From Candidatus Hydrothermarchaeum profundi (GTDB taxonomy: Archaea; Hydrothermarchaeota; Hydrothermarchaeia; Hydrothermarchaeales; Hydrothermarchaeaceae), in NCBI GenBank assembly GCA_002011125.2, contig MTMF02000009.1:1480989-1544988 (forward strand): DNA of 64,000 nt. Direction: 5' to 3'. The position numbers were made by a program, and so were the translations under genes. The notes beneath the pieces were generated by a model. It ran no database searches. It saw only the letters and a program-made list of their open reading frames with translations, and was not told the DNA's origin. Shown here in pieces: positions 30,876 to 39,782 of the stretch; the stretch's first letter is position 1; the number at the start of each line of letters is the position of its first letter.

Positions 30876-31388
30876 ATGAGTATAGTAGTAGACGCATTAT
30901 ATTTCTTCATACCCGCATATGTTGCAAATACCTTCGCATGCATCTTTGGGCATGGTCGTCCTGTCGATTTAGGAAAGACTTTCATAGATGGCAAGCGAAT
31001 TTTAGGTGATGGTGTCACAATTAGAGGTTCCCTCGCCGGAATAACGTGCGGAACTTTAAGCGGAGTGTTAATGGCGCCCTACTCGCATCCTTTTTTGCCT
31101 AATGCTACATCTACTGATATTATATTGCTTGCTTTTCTACTATCCTTTGGAGCAATCATTGGAGACGCGGTTGGCAGTTTTATCAAGCGCAGAATTGGAT
31201 TGGAAAGAGGAGCTCCAGCACCACTCTTAGATCAACTAAACTTTGTCTTTGGAGGACTCATTTTCTCAGCGTTTATTGTGGCAGTTCCGCTGAGAGCTGT
31301 TGTAGTGCTATTATTATTAACTCCTTTTGGGCATCTCATGGTTAATAAGACCGGATATTTATTGAAAATGAAGGATGTGCCATGGTGA
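30876..31388 (+). CDS. carS: CDP-archaeol synthase
   Basis: PAYVAN, P.D.G..F.DGKRILGDG, GD..GSFIKRR.G..RG, LDQL. Confidence 0.92.
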   Translation: MSIVVDALYFFIPAYVANTFACIFGHGRPVDLGKTFIDGKRILGDGVTIRGSLAGITCGTLSGVLMAPYSHPFLPNATSTDIILLAFLLSFGAIIGDAVGSFIKRRIGLERGAPAPLLDQLNFVFGGLIFSAFIVAVPLRAVVVLLLLTPFGHLMVNKTGYLLKMKDVPW

Positions 31389-31395
31389 AGGTATA

Positions 31396-31908
31396 ATGGT
31401 CTCTCAAGATCTTATTCAAATGCTTAAGCCAGCGGTTAAAAAAGGCGACTTTATACTAGCGTCCGGCAAAAGAAGCAGTTATTATGTCGATATTAAAAGT
31501 GTTTCAACGAAACCAGCCGTATTAAAAATGATAGCACAGGAAATGCGAGAATTATTAGAGGGTACCGATATTGATAAAATAGCTGGCGTAGCTGTAGGTG
31601 GCGTTCCCATTGCTACAGCTTTGAGTTTGGAGACAGGTATTCCTTTCTTAATTATAAGAAAAGGTAAAAAAAAGCATGGTATGAAAACAAATATCGAAGG
31701 AGAGTTTATGGATGGCGACAAGGTAGTGGTGGTAGAGGATGTGACTACTACAGGTGGCTCCGTTATGGAAGCTGTGCGTGCTATAAGAGAGAGAGGAGAA
31801 TGCGACATGGTGCTTGTAGTGGTTGATAGAAAAGAAGGAGCCGCAGAATTATTAAAAAGTAATGGAGTCAGGCTTATCCCCTTAGTAACCGCAGAGGAAT
31901 TGATTTAG
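31396..31908 (+). CDS. pyrE: Orotate phosphoribosyltransferase
   Basis: GDFILASGKRSSYY.D, VVEDVTTTGGS. Confidence 0.95.
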   Translation: MVSQDLIQMLKPAVKKGDFILASGKRSSYYVDIKSVSTKPAVLKMIAQEMRELLEGTDIDKIAGVAVGGVPIATALSLETGIPFLIIRKGKKKHGMKTNIEGEFMDGDKVVVVEDVTTTGGSVMEAVRAIRERGECDMVLVVVDRKEGAAELLKSNGVRLIPLVTAEELI

Positions 31909-32769
31909 ATGGAACTCCCATCTTTAATACTAAAAATTGTTGGAATTCTATTAATCTTTATTGGAGTAGTTGGTACTGCTGGGAGCTTTTATGCATTAAA
32001 GATTGTTTACGATTATGATTTTGAAGAGACATCTTCGGAGTTAGTTCAGGCTTCAATACAGGACGTATCAAATAGCTTGGAAAAGAGCAATGAAGGAGTG
32101 GGGGTTTCTATCTCATCTGCAAGCAAAAGCATCCTGAATGCCTCTCTCGGAATAATGGATGCAGGGCAAAAGGTGAAAGACGCGGCTCAAAACGTTAGGG
32201 CTACAGCTGAAGAACTTGACAGAACCTCTGAGGAACTGCTTTCAGCTTCAAAGTTCCAAAAAGATGCAAGCGAATATTTAAAAGAGGCTGCTTCTACCTT
32301 CTCTTTATGGGCGGATGTATATAGCTATAATGGTAGCTCTCTGCCTGGAAAGAGCACGTTCCTTTCAGCTGTAGATAACATTGACAATGCTGCAGAAAAG
32401 CTTGAGAGTTCTTCAATAAAACTAGCGGAGTCATCCGGCACCCTAACCTTAGCTACAAATAATTTAAAAAGTACTTCATCGAATCTCAATGGAACCGGTT
32501 TATATTTAGCAACAACTGGAGAGAGCTTGGAAAAAACGGGTAATAGTTTAATGGGGATGCATAATCATTTAGGAGATTTCATGAGTTATATCTCCGCACC
32601 AGTAAAAGAACTTCAGAGTAGTATGAGTATAATTTCAGATACCACAAGAAACATCAAAACAGTATCTTATGCTATTGTCGGGTATCTAATAATAGCCCAC
32701 CTTATATTACTTGGAGTAGGTATAGCTATTATTATAATAGAAATGAATCTTTTTTATCCAGCTAGGTAG
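31909..32769 (+). CDS. Two-TM membrane protein with a long Ser/Ala/Thr-rich heptad-repeat domain
   Basis: N- and C-terminal hydrophobic helices; heptad pattern such as IDNAAEKLESSSIKLAESSGTLTLATNNL. Confidence 0.7.
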   Translation: MELPSLILKIVGILLIFIGVVGTAGSFYALKIVYDYDFEETSSELVQASIQDVSNSLEKSNEGVGVSISSASKSILNASLGIMDAGQKVKDAAQNVRATAEELDRTSEELLSASKFQKDASEYLKEAASTFSLWADVYSYNGSSLPGKSTFLSAVDNIDNAAEKLESSSIKLAESSGTLTLATNNLKSTSSNLNGTGLYLATTGESLEKTGNSLMGMHNHLGDFMSYISAPVKELQSSMSIISDTTRNIKTVSYAIVGYLIIAHLILLGVGIAIIIIEMNLFYPAR

Positions 32770-32782
32770 GAGGTGTATTTCT

Positions 32783-34162
32783 TTGGAAAAAATAGGAGTG
32801 TTACTCGTAAGCTATGGGTCTAGGGCTGCCTCGATCGCTGATGCACTGTGTAGAAGCGATAATTATGATGTTAGAATATATGATGCTGATAAACAACGCA
32901 ATCCCTTTATTCTGAAGAGATCTGCGGACTACATAGTTAGTCTAGACCCTAGCGATATAGTTAATTTCGCAAAAAAACATAAAAATGAAATAGATTTCGG
33001 GATAGTTGGGCCGGAGGCTCCGATAATAGCTGGTGTGAGAGATCTCGTTGAGAAAGAAACCGGAATACCTATGATATGCCCTACAAAAGAGTTTGCTCTT
33101 GAGGGAAGCAAGGTAGCTCAGAGAAAGCTATTAGAAAAATGCTATCCAAAGGCGAATCCAAGGTTTAAGATATTTGATCCAGAAGAGTACTCTAATAAGA
33201 ATGAAGTGAAGAAGGATCTTTGGAAGTGGCTTGACGAAATGGATAATCAAGTAGCAGTAAAACCTGACAATCCTACTGCTGGGAAGGGCGTAGGAGTTTG
33301 GGGTGATCACTTTAGCAGCAGAGAGGAGTTATATGCTTTTTTCTTGGCAAATTTTGAGCATGGCAAAGTGATCGTTGAAGAAAAAATCGATGGAGAAGAG
33401 TTTAGCCTTCAATTTTTCTCTGATGGAAAACATTTAGTTGAGACACCCTGTGTAAGGGACTACAAAAGGGCTTTCGATGGGGATAGAGGACCTAATACAG
33501 GCGGTATGGGATGCTATAAAGATGTGAGCCATAAGCTTCCATTCATGTATGAGAGCGATTGGGAAGAAGGCTTGAAAATAGGCCGTAGAATATTTGAAGA
33601 ATTAAAAGGTGATGGCAGTAACCTAGGATTAAGAGGCATACCTTTATACATGGCTTATACTTGCGCAAAAGAAGGGGTTAAGGTTTTTGAAATAAATTCC
33701 CGTCCTGGCGATCCGGAAATAATGAATCTAATGCCAATTTTAGAGGATGACTTTGTGGACACATGCTTTAACATTATCGAAGGCAACCTAGCTAACCTTA
33801 GATTTAAATCTCTTGCGACTGTTATTACATACGCAGTACCAATGACTTATGGGGGATATCGCAAAAAATATTCTGGTGATAGGAAAGTGGATTTAACGGA
33901 CGCTTATAAGCTAATGGAAAAGTATAACGGTGCATTGAGAGTTTACCCCGGCTCTATGGAGCTACGTGATGACGGTAATAGCTATCTATTGGGCTCTAGG
34001 ACCGTAGGTTGCGTGGGAATTGGAAGAAGTATAGAAGAAGCGAGGGATATTTCTCTAGAAGCGATTCAAAGTATAGATGGGCCTTTATGGAATAGATGGG
34101 ATATTGGCTCTAAAGAACATATTGCCAGCAGTATAGAACATGTGAAAAGCCTGAGAAAATGA
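32783..34162 (+). CDS. purD: Phosphoribosylamine-glycine ligase
   Basis: VGPEAP, ALEGSK, GKGV, DYKRAFDGDRGPNTGGMG, EINSRPGDPE. Confidence 0.92.
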   Translation: MEKIGVLLVSYGSRAASIADALCRSDNYDVRIYDADKQRNPFILKRSADYIVSLDPSDIVNFAKKHKNEIDFGIVGPEAPIIAGVRDLVEKETGIPMICPTKEFALEGSKVAQRKLLEKCYPKANPRFKIFDPEEYSNKNEVKKDLWKWLDEMDNQVAVKPDNPTAGKGVGVWGDHFSSREELYAFFLANFEHGKVIVEEKIDGEEFSLQFFSDGKHLVETPCVRDYKRAFDGDRGPNTGGMGCYKDVSHKLPFMYESDWEEGLKIGRRIFEELKGDGSNLGLRGIPLYMAYTCAKEGVKVFEINSRPGDPEIMNLMPILEDDFVDTCFNIIEGNLANLRFKSLATVITYAVPMTYGGYRKKYSGDRKVDLTDAYKLMEKYNGALRVYPGSMELRDDGNSYLLGSRTVGCVGIGRSIEEARDISLEAIQSIDGPLWNRWDIGSKEHIASSIEHVKSLRK

Positions 34163-35058
34163 ACCTCATTTCAATATTAGATGTGAAGGACATTAGCCTT
34201 CTATTTGAGAGAGCTAAACAGTTTAAGAAGGAAAAGAGAATAGGTGTCTGCCATGAGTACCTCCATGGCAAAACCCTAGCTATGATTTTTGAGAAAGCAT
34301 CTACTCGTACTAGAGTATCCTTTGAAGTGGCGATGAATCAGTTAGGTGGACATTCTATCTATCTAGAATGGAAGACAATGCAGCTAGGCAGGGGGGAGTC
34401 TCTTAAGGATACAGCAAAAACTCTTAGTAGATATGTTGACGGGCTGATGATTAGGGCCTATAGACATAGTGATGTTGTAGAAATAGCTAAACACTCTGAT
34501 ATACCCGTAATAAATGGATTAACTGACCTAGAGCATCCTTGCCAAGCTCTTTCAGATCTCTTTACAATTCAGGAGCTAAGAAGTTTTGATGCAAAGCTTG
34601 CTTATGTTGGTGACGGAAACAATGTGTGCAACTCTTTACTACTGGGCTCCGCATTGGTTGGAATGGACATCTCAGTAGCCTGCCCTAAAGGATACGAGCC
34701 TCCTGAAAGCATTATCTCGATAGCAAAAGAGATAGCGGATACTACGGGATCTAAAGTATCTTTAACGCATGACCCGTTTGAAGCGGTAGCGGATTGCGAT
34801 ATAATCTATACCGATGTATGGGTTAGCATGGGGCAGGAAGAGGAGAGAAAAAGAAGACTTAAAGTTTTTAGGCCTTTTCAAGTTAATTCTGAGTTGGTTA
34901 AACACGGGAATGATCCCTTAATTATGCATTGTCTTCCAGCGAAGAGAGGAGAAGAGATTACTGATGAAGTAATAGATGGTCCTAACTCTATAGTTTTTAC
35001 TCAGGCAGAAAATCGATTGCATCTCCAGAAGGCTCTCTTATTTAGACTTTTAAAATAG
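34159..35058 (+). CDS. argF: Ornithine carbamoyltransferase
   Basis: STRTRVSF, HPCQ, DVWVSMG, HCLPA. Confidence 0.96.
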   Translation: MNLISILDVKDISLLFERAKQFKKEKRIGVCHEYLHGKTLAMIFEKASTRTRVSFEVAMNQLGGHSIYLEWKTMQLGRGESLKDTAKTLSRYVDGLMIRAYRHSDVVEIAKHSDIPVINGLTDLEHPCQALSDLFTIQELRSFDAKLAYVGDGNNVCNSLLLGSALVGMDISVACPKGYEPPESIISIAKEIADTTGSKVSLTHDPFEAVADCDIIYTDVWVSMGQEEERKRRLKVFRPFQVNSELVKHGNDPLIMHCLPAKRGEEITDEVIDGPNSIVFTQAENRLHLQKALLFRLLK

Positions 35059-35313
35059 TCTCGTAGCTCTTACAACCGATACGTCCCCTACGCCGGGAAT
35101 TTTTTTTAGAGTTTCTTCAAGGTCGTCAGTTGCACCTTCTGTCTCTTGGACGACAAATGAGGATCTAAGCGCTACCAAGCCAAAAGCTATAGGTTCTTCT
35201 TCGATTTTATCCAGCCTTCCCTTTTTTACTTGCTTGATTTCTTCTTTAATCTTATTTATGTCCGTTTCTGCGCTTTCAGGCATTATTTTGATGGTTACTA
35301 ATACTTCTGCCAT
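35050..35313 (-). CDS. ef1b: Elongation factor 1-beta
   Basis: V..KIMPES, EEPIAFGLVAL. Confidence 0.95.
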   Translation of the reverse strand: MAEVLVTIKIMPESAETDINKIKEEIKQVKKGRLDKIEEEPIAFGLVALRSSFVVQETEGATDDLEETLKKIPGVGDVSVVRATRLF

Positions 35314-35315
35314 TT

Positions 35316-35477
35316 TTAGGGTCCCTCAAAACCGCACTTGCTTACATACCTTTTTCCAAGTTCACGACATCTTTTGCATCTACCAATAATTTCATCACAC
35401 TCTGGACACGGGAACCTTACAGCGCCTTTACCCACCTGTATATAGGTACCGCAGGATATACATGTTAGTCTTTCCAT
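35316..35477 (-). CDS. Small Zn-ribbon protein (DUF1610 / HVO_2753-like)
   Basis: Not in the ORF track; MERLTCISCG...FPCPECD...RCKRCR...CGFEGP, conserved position upstream of ef1b. Confidence 0.9.
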   Translation of the reverse strand: MERLTCISCGTYIQVGKGAVRFPCPECDEIIGRCKRCRELGKRYVSKCGFEGP

Positions 35478-35517
35478 ATTACACCTCTAAGGGCATTCCT
35501 TTAATTCGTTTACATAT

Positions 35518-36330
35518 TTAAAGGCTACCTATGAAGAAGGATACCAATGCTGTTAGCATGCCTATTTTTATATTTTTCTGAAAGGATGTGGGACTTAGAT
35601 CTCTTAGGAATTTTATCGTAGAGTATAAGAAGATAGCATCAGCAATGGTCACTAGCGCAAGATATACTGTATTTAAGAACCCGAGGAGATATGGGAGAGG
35701 ACTGATTAAAAGAGCTATAATTACCAATATTGCAGCTATTTCCGACGAGCTTTTTAACCCTATCTCTGATGGTAGTGTCCTTATATATTTCCTATCCCCC
35801 ACGAAGTCCTCCATATCTTTGGCTATTTCTCTACTTGTGTTTACAATAAATGCAAGCAATGCTAGTAGTAGAGTCGGTAGGATATTACCCACAACAGCCA
35901 ATCCTCCGAATACGAATGGGGACGCTACTAAGTAACTTACTGTGAAGTTTTTGGTAATGCCCCCCCCTTTTTTTATTTTCCAGGCGTATATGTAGAGTAA
36001 TATTGAATTGAAAAAAGCTAGTAATAACGCGTAAATATTAATGAAAATTGACACAAGAATTCCTATCGCAAAAAGTATTAAAGAATAGTAGTAGGCAGTT
36101 TGTAGGGATATTTCGCCTGAAGGTAGTGGACGGGCAGGCCTATTTATCCTATCAATTTCTATGTCAAAATAGTCGTTAATGGCGTTTCCAGCGCCACAGA
36201 TTAGGAAAGTAGCGAGAAAAGCGAGAGCTACATCCCATGAAAGAGGGCCTAACGCAATACTTGCTCCAATTAAAACAGCGATTCCCGCCATCATGCAATT
36301 TAGGGGCCTTAGTAGCTTAAGGTAGGCCAT
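35518..36330 (-). CDS. Digeranylgeranylglyceryl phosphate synthase (UbiA family)
   Basis: L.RPLNC, GNAINDYFD.EIDRINRP.RPLPSG, REIAKDMED..GD. Confidence 0.9.
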   Translation of the reverse strand: MAYLKLLRPLNCMMAGIAVLIGASIALGPLSWDVALAFLATFLICGAGNAINDYFDIEIDRINRPARPLPSGEISLQTAYYYSLILFAIGILVSIFINIYALLLAFFNSILLYIYAWKIKKGGGITKNFTVSYLVASPFVFGGLAVVGNILPTLLLALLAFIVNTSREIAKDMEDFVGDRKYIRTLPSEIGLKSSSEIAAILVIIALLISPLPYLLGFLNTVYLALVTIADAIFLYSTIKFLRDLSPTSFQKNIKIGMLTALVSFFIGSL

Positions 36331-36376
36331 ACTACCAAAATTTTTTTGTAGGTATTTATTAATGTTTATCCCATAT

Positions 36377-36449
36377 AGCCCGGTAGTGTAGTGGTCAATC
36401 ATGGGGGACTCTGGATCCCTCGACAGCGGTTCGAATCCGCTCCGGGCTA
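36377..36449 (+). tRNA. tRNA-Gln(CTG)
   Basis: AGCCCGG/CCGGGCT acceptor (A1-U72), anticodon loop CTCTGGA. Confidence 0.96.
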
Positions 36450-36627
36450 TACTCCAAGAATTTCATTGCTGATATCCTTTGGATAACCGTAGAGGATAAA
36501 TCTATTGATGAGCACTATAGAGGTTACCGTAATTATATTAACTCCAATAAGGAATAACTTTAATATTGGGGAAGATAATATCAAACCCAATTTTTTATAA
36601 TCATGAAGTAATAGGGGGTATCCCTAA

Positions 36628-36921
36628 GTGTACAAAGATGAGTTGATAGGTCTTCACCAATTGCTATACCATATATGCAAATTACTCCAGGATAATGGGG
36701 TCTCGTTAGACGATTTCCAGGAGTATATGAGCTTGGAAATCAGCCCCCATCACATCCACAAAAGGAAAGAAGAACACAAATGTGCAGTACTCTTACTTTC
36801 TAAATGCATTTCTAAAGCTCTGGCGGAACACTATATTATGCCAAAGGCGCTTCCAAAAAGCTTTGACACGTTGGCGCAACGATGTAAGAAAGAGGCTCAA
36901 AAAGCTATTCCTAAATCCTAG
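36628..36921 (+). CDS. UPF0058 family putative metal-binding protein
   Basis: KDELI.LHQLL, Y..L.ISP.HIHK.K.EHK.AV..L. Confidence 0.82.
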   Translation: MYKDELIGLHQLLYHICKLLQDNGVSLDDFQEYMSLEISPHHIHKRKEEHKCAVLLLSKCISKALAEHYIMPKALPKSFDTLAQRCKKEAQKAIPKS

Positions 36922-36932
36922 AAATCTTTTAT

Positions 36933-37005
36933 AGCCCGGTAGTGTAGTGGTCAATCATGCGGGCCTTTGGAGCCCGCGACAGCGGTTCGAATCCGCTCCG
37001 GGCTA
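36933..37005 (+). tRNA. tRNA-Gln(TTG)
   Basis: Same body as the first tRNA-Gln, anticodon arm CGGGC-CTTTGGA-GCCCG, followed by a T-run. Confidence 0.96.
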
Positions 37006-37067
37006 TACTTTTTCATGCTTTTGTCACATAATATCTTTGAAACATTTTTATATTCGTGTGATTCCTT

Positions 37068-39782
37068 ATGAAAAATATGAAAAAACTGCTAATAATGGCG
37101 ATTTTTATCTTTTTTATCCAGCCTGCTTATGGTATATCTTGCCCGAAAAATGTTCATATGCTTACTCCGGATTATAACTTCGCTGATGGAGTCTTGGTAT
37201 TTAAGTATCTTGATATGGATGTGTCGGCAGGCGGCGTACAGGATAAAGTAACTACTAAGCCTAGTGAATTACTTACCGGAGAAGTAAATTGGATATGGGG
37301 CCCTAACTGTCCTGAATGCTTGGTATATGTCAATTCTTTTGGCTCATGGGATCTTACTTCCCCAGTAACCGAGATATTCTCAGGATATAAAGGTGGAGTT
37401 ACTTCTACAGTTAAGATTCCTTTCTCATTCAAAGCACCAGCTACTCCGGGCACATATAGATTTAGAATTATATTTGCGTTTGACAAGGGACCATCTAGTG
37501 ATTTCCATGCTTCAAATCTTTGCAGCCAGGTAGAATGTGAAGAAAAGGGGGAATGTCATATCCTCATTGCTGAAGGAGAGGTTATCGTTACTGAGCCTGG
37601 GGTCAATAATACTTTACCTCCTTCTATTGATATAATAAGTCCTATTTCAACTTCTGTTTCGGGAATAGTGACCACAGAAGTAGGATCAGTAATAACAATC
37701 AATGCTAAGGCAGATAAGCCTGTGAATTTTTCAGTTGAGATAGACGGCAATAAGGTTTCTGACATTCTGCCTTACAGCTGGAACACCTTTAATCTCTCAG
37801 AAGGAAGTCATACTATAGCGGTTATCGGTAGAGACAACATAGGGAATGTAGTAAGAAAGGAAATTACAGTAATTCTTACTAATACAACGTTATCGCTGGG
37901 CCAGCAGCCTATATTATTATGGAGCTATGAAGCAATTGGAGAAGTAAACTCTATTGATGTTTCACCAGACGGAAAGTATATCGCTGCAGGCACTAGTGTT
38001 GGGGTCTTTTATCTATTCGGAAATAATGGGGAAGTAATATTAGATTCCAAATTTCTAAGGGGAGTAAGAAAGACGGCTATATCCTCTGGTGGAGAATACA
38101 TAGCATTAAGTACGGAGAATGTTCTATATTATCTTCAGAAAAATGGAACGATCCTGTGGAACACTTCTTTTCCCGTAGCAGTAAACAGTATATCTATAAC
38201 TCCAGACGGAGAGTTTGTAGCAGTAGGATCTGGAAACATCATAAAATATTTTGATAAAAATGGAGTAGAACTTTGGAGCTATTCAACATCCAATAATATA
38301 AATGACGTTTCAATATCTTCTGATGGGGAATATATAGCCGCAGCCTCTGGCAATGTTATCTATTACTTAAAAGGAGACGGCTCGCTAGACTGGACTTTTT
38401 CTGCTTCAAGAGAACTTAAGGATTTATCAATTACGTCTGACGGGGCCTTTATTGCTGCGACAACTGAAAATACCCTATATTACTTAGACAAAGTTGCATC
38501 AATATTGTGGAATTATTCTGGAAATAATTTTAAAAGCGTTACAGTTGCTTCGAATGGAGAGATAATCACCGTTACCTCTGGATCAACAATAATTCTTCTG
38601 GAGAGAAGAGGCAGAGTAGTTTCTAGATTCCTAGCAGACGGTGAAATAACTCTTACAGATCTTTCTTCACAAGGGGATTATCTTGCTTATGCTTCCAGTA
38701 AAAAACTCTATTTTCTAGATAATTCAGGCCGGAGGATAGTCGCGACGCCCAGTATTCCTAGATACCTGTTGCCTACTGGAGTGGCAGTGCTTTTTTTAGC
38801 GATTGTAGTTTTACTACTACGCCGTAAGATGAGAGTGGTCGTCAAAAAAGAAGAGAAGCCATTAAAAATCGAGTCTAGTGAGATCAGAATATCTAAGGAA
38901 AAAGAGCCATTACGGGAGCAGTACGGCAAAGTTCTTGTAAAAGTTGTTAATTCAAGAACAAAAAAACCTATCCCCCTAGCTTCTGTTTCGCTTAGAGGTC
39001 TTGTAAAAACAACAGATGAGAGAGGAGAAGCGTCCTTTGAGAACGTGCCATTAAGAAGGGCAGAATTATCGGTTGTAAAAGAGGAATATGAAGAACAAAT
39101 TGAAGTATTTGACGTAGATATCGAGAATAAGATAATTATAGAAATGAACCCAAGAAGCATACTTACTCAAGAGCAACGTGAAGAAATCCAGAGGAGTCTA
39201 GAGATTCTTAAAGGTGCATATGAAAAAGTCTCAACGCTAGATACGTGTATACCTAACTATTATGTTTCAGTAGCCGAGAGAATAGCTAAGATAATTGAAA
39301 TGGCAGGTTATTCGCCTGAAGTTTTTAAGTCCGAGAAGGAGCTGGAAAAAGTACTTGATTATTTAATCACAAAATTTCAGGATATATGCAAAGAACTTTC
39401 TGAAATAATGGTAGATTGGAGGAATATAAAGATTTATAAAGCGGCCGGAAAGCTTGATCCTAGTAACTGTATGGCCGGAGAGATTGATGAGAAAGTTGAT
39501 GAACTTCAAGATCTCGACGCATTAGCTGGACGAGGATTACTGTATCTTAGGGAGGAGATACGGAGCGTAGACAAGCTTATTATATCAAAAATGGATGAGC
39601 TTACCGTTCTGCCTGTATCCAGTTTATGGAAGATTTCTAAATATCTGGCTGATGAAGCATCTAGTAAGGAGAAAGTTGAAAAAGCAATTAATGTATTTCT
39701 CTCCAAGATAATATTAAACTATTCCAAAGATATGTTAGAGAATGATTCCATCGTAAAGAGACTAAAATTTGCTCTTGTCTAA
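37068..39782 (+). CDS. Large single-pass surface protein: signal peptide, Cys-containing and Ig-like domains, WD40/PQQ-like beta-propeller, TM, cytoplasmic beta-sandwich and helical domain
   Basis: Repeats of LW.Y.....V..I.I(S/T).DG.YIAA; TM LLPTGVAVLFLAIVVLLLRRK; carboxypeptidase-regulatory-like KPIPLASV...TTDERGEASF. Confidence 0.75.
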   Translation: MKNMKKLLIMAIFIFFIQPAYGISCPKNVHMLTPDYNFADGVLVFKYLDMDVSAGGVQDKVTTKPSELLTGEVNWIWGPNCPECLVYVNSFGSWDLTSPVTEIFSGYKGGVTSTVKIPFSFKAPATPGTYRFRIIFAFDKGPSSDFHASNLCSQVECEEKGECHILIAEGEVIVTEPGVNNTLPPSIDIISPISTSVSGIVTTEVGSVITINAKADKPVNFSVEIDGNKVSDILPYSWNTFNLSEGSHTIAVIGRDNIGNVVRKEITVILTNTTLSLGQQPILLWSYEAIGEVNSIDVSPDGKYIAAGTSVGVFYLFGNNGEVILDSKFLRGVRKTAISSGGEYIALSTENVLYYLQKNGTILWNTSFPVAVNSISITPDGEFVAVGSGNIIKYFDKNGVELWSYSTSNNINDVSISSDGEYIAAASGNVIYYLKGDGSLDWTFSASRELKDLSITSDGAFIAATTENTLYYLDKVASILWNYSGNNFKSVTVASNGEIITVTSGSTIILLERRGRVVSRFLADGEITLTDLSSQGDYLAYASSKKLYFLDNSGRRIVATPSIPRYLLPTGVAVLFLAIVVLLLRRKMRVVVKKEEKPLKIESSEIRISKEKEPLREQYGKVLVKVVNSRTKKPIPLASVSLRGLVKTTDERGEASFENVPLRRAELSVVKEEYEEQIEVFDVDIENKIIIEMNPRSILTQEQREEIQRSLEILKGAYEKVSTLDTCIPNYYVSVAERIAKIIEMAGYSPEVFKSEKELEKVLDYLITKFQDICKELSEIMVDWRNIKIYKAAGKLDPSNCMAGEIDEKVDELQDLDALAGRGLLYLREEIRSVDKLIISKMDELTVLPVSSLWKISKYLADEASSKEKVEKAINVFLSKIILNYSKDMLENDSIVKRLKFALV

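Noticed and set aside
36377-37009. Two near-identical tRNA-Gln copies as attL/attR of an integrated element, or the tubulin locus as a tRNA-anchored island
   Set aside because: Both tRNAs are full length with different anticodons (CTG, TTG). No integrase is present, and I saw no partial tRNA repeat at the far end of the tubulin locus.
36947-37177. 76-aa ORF, and the extension of the UbiA ORF to 36402
   Set aside because: Both overlap tRNA-Gln genes and are artefacts.
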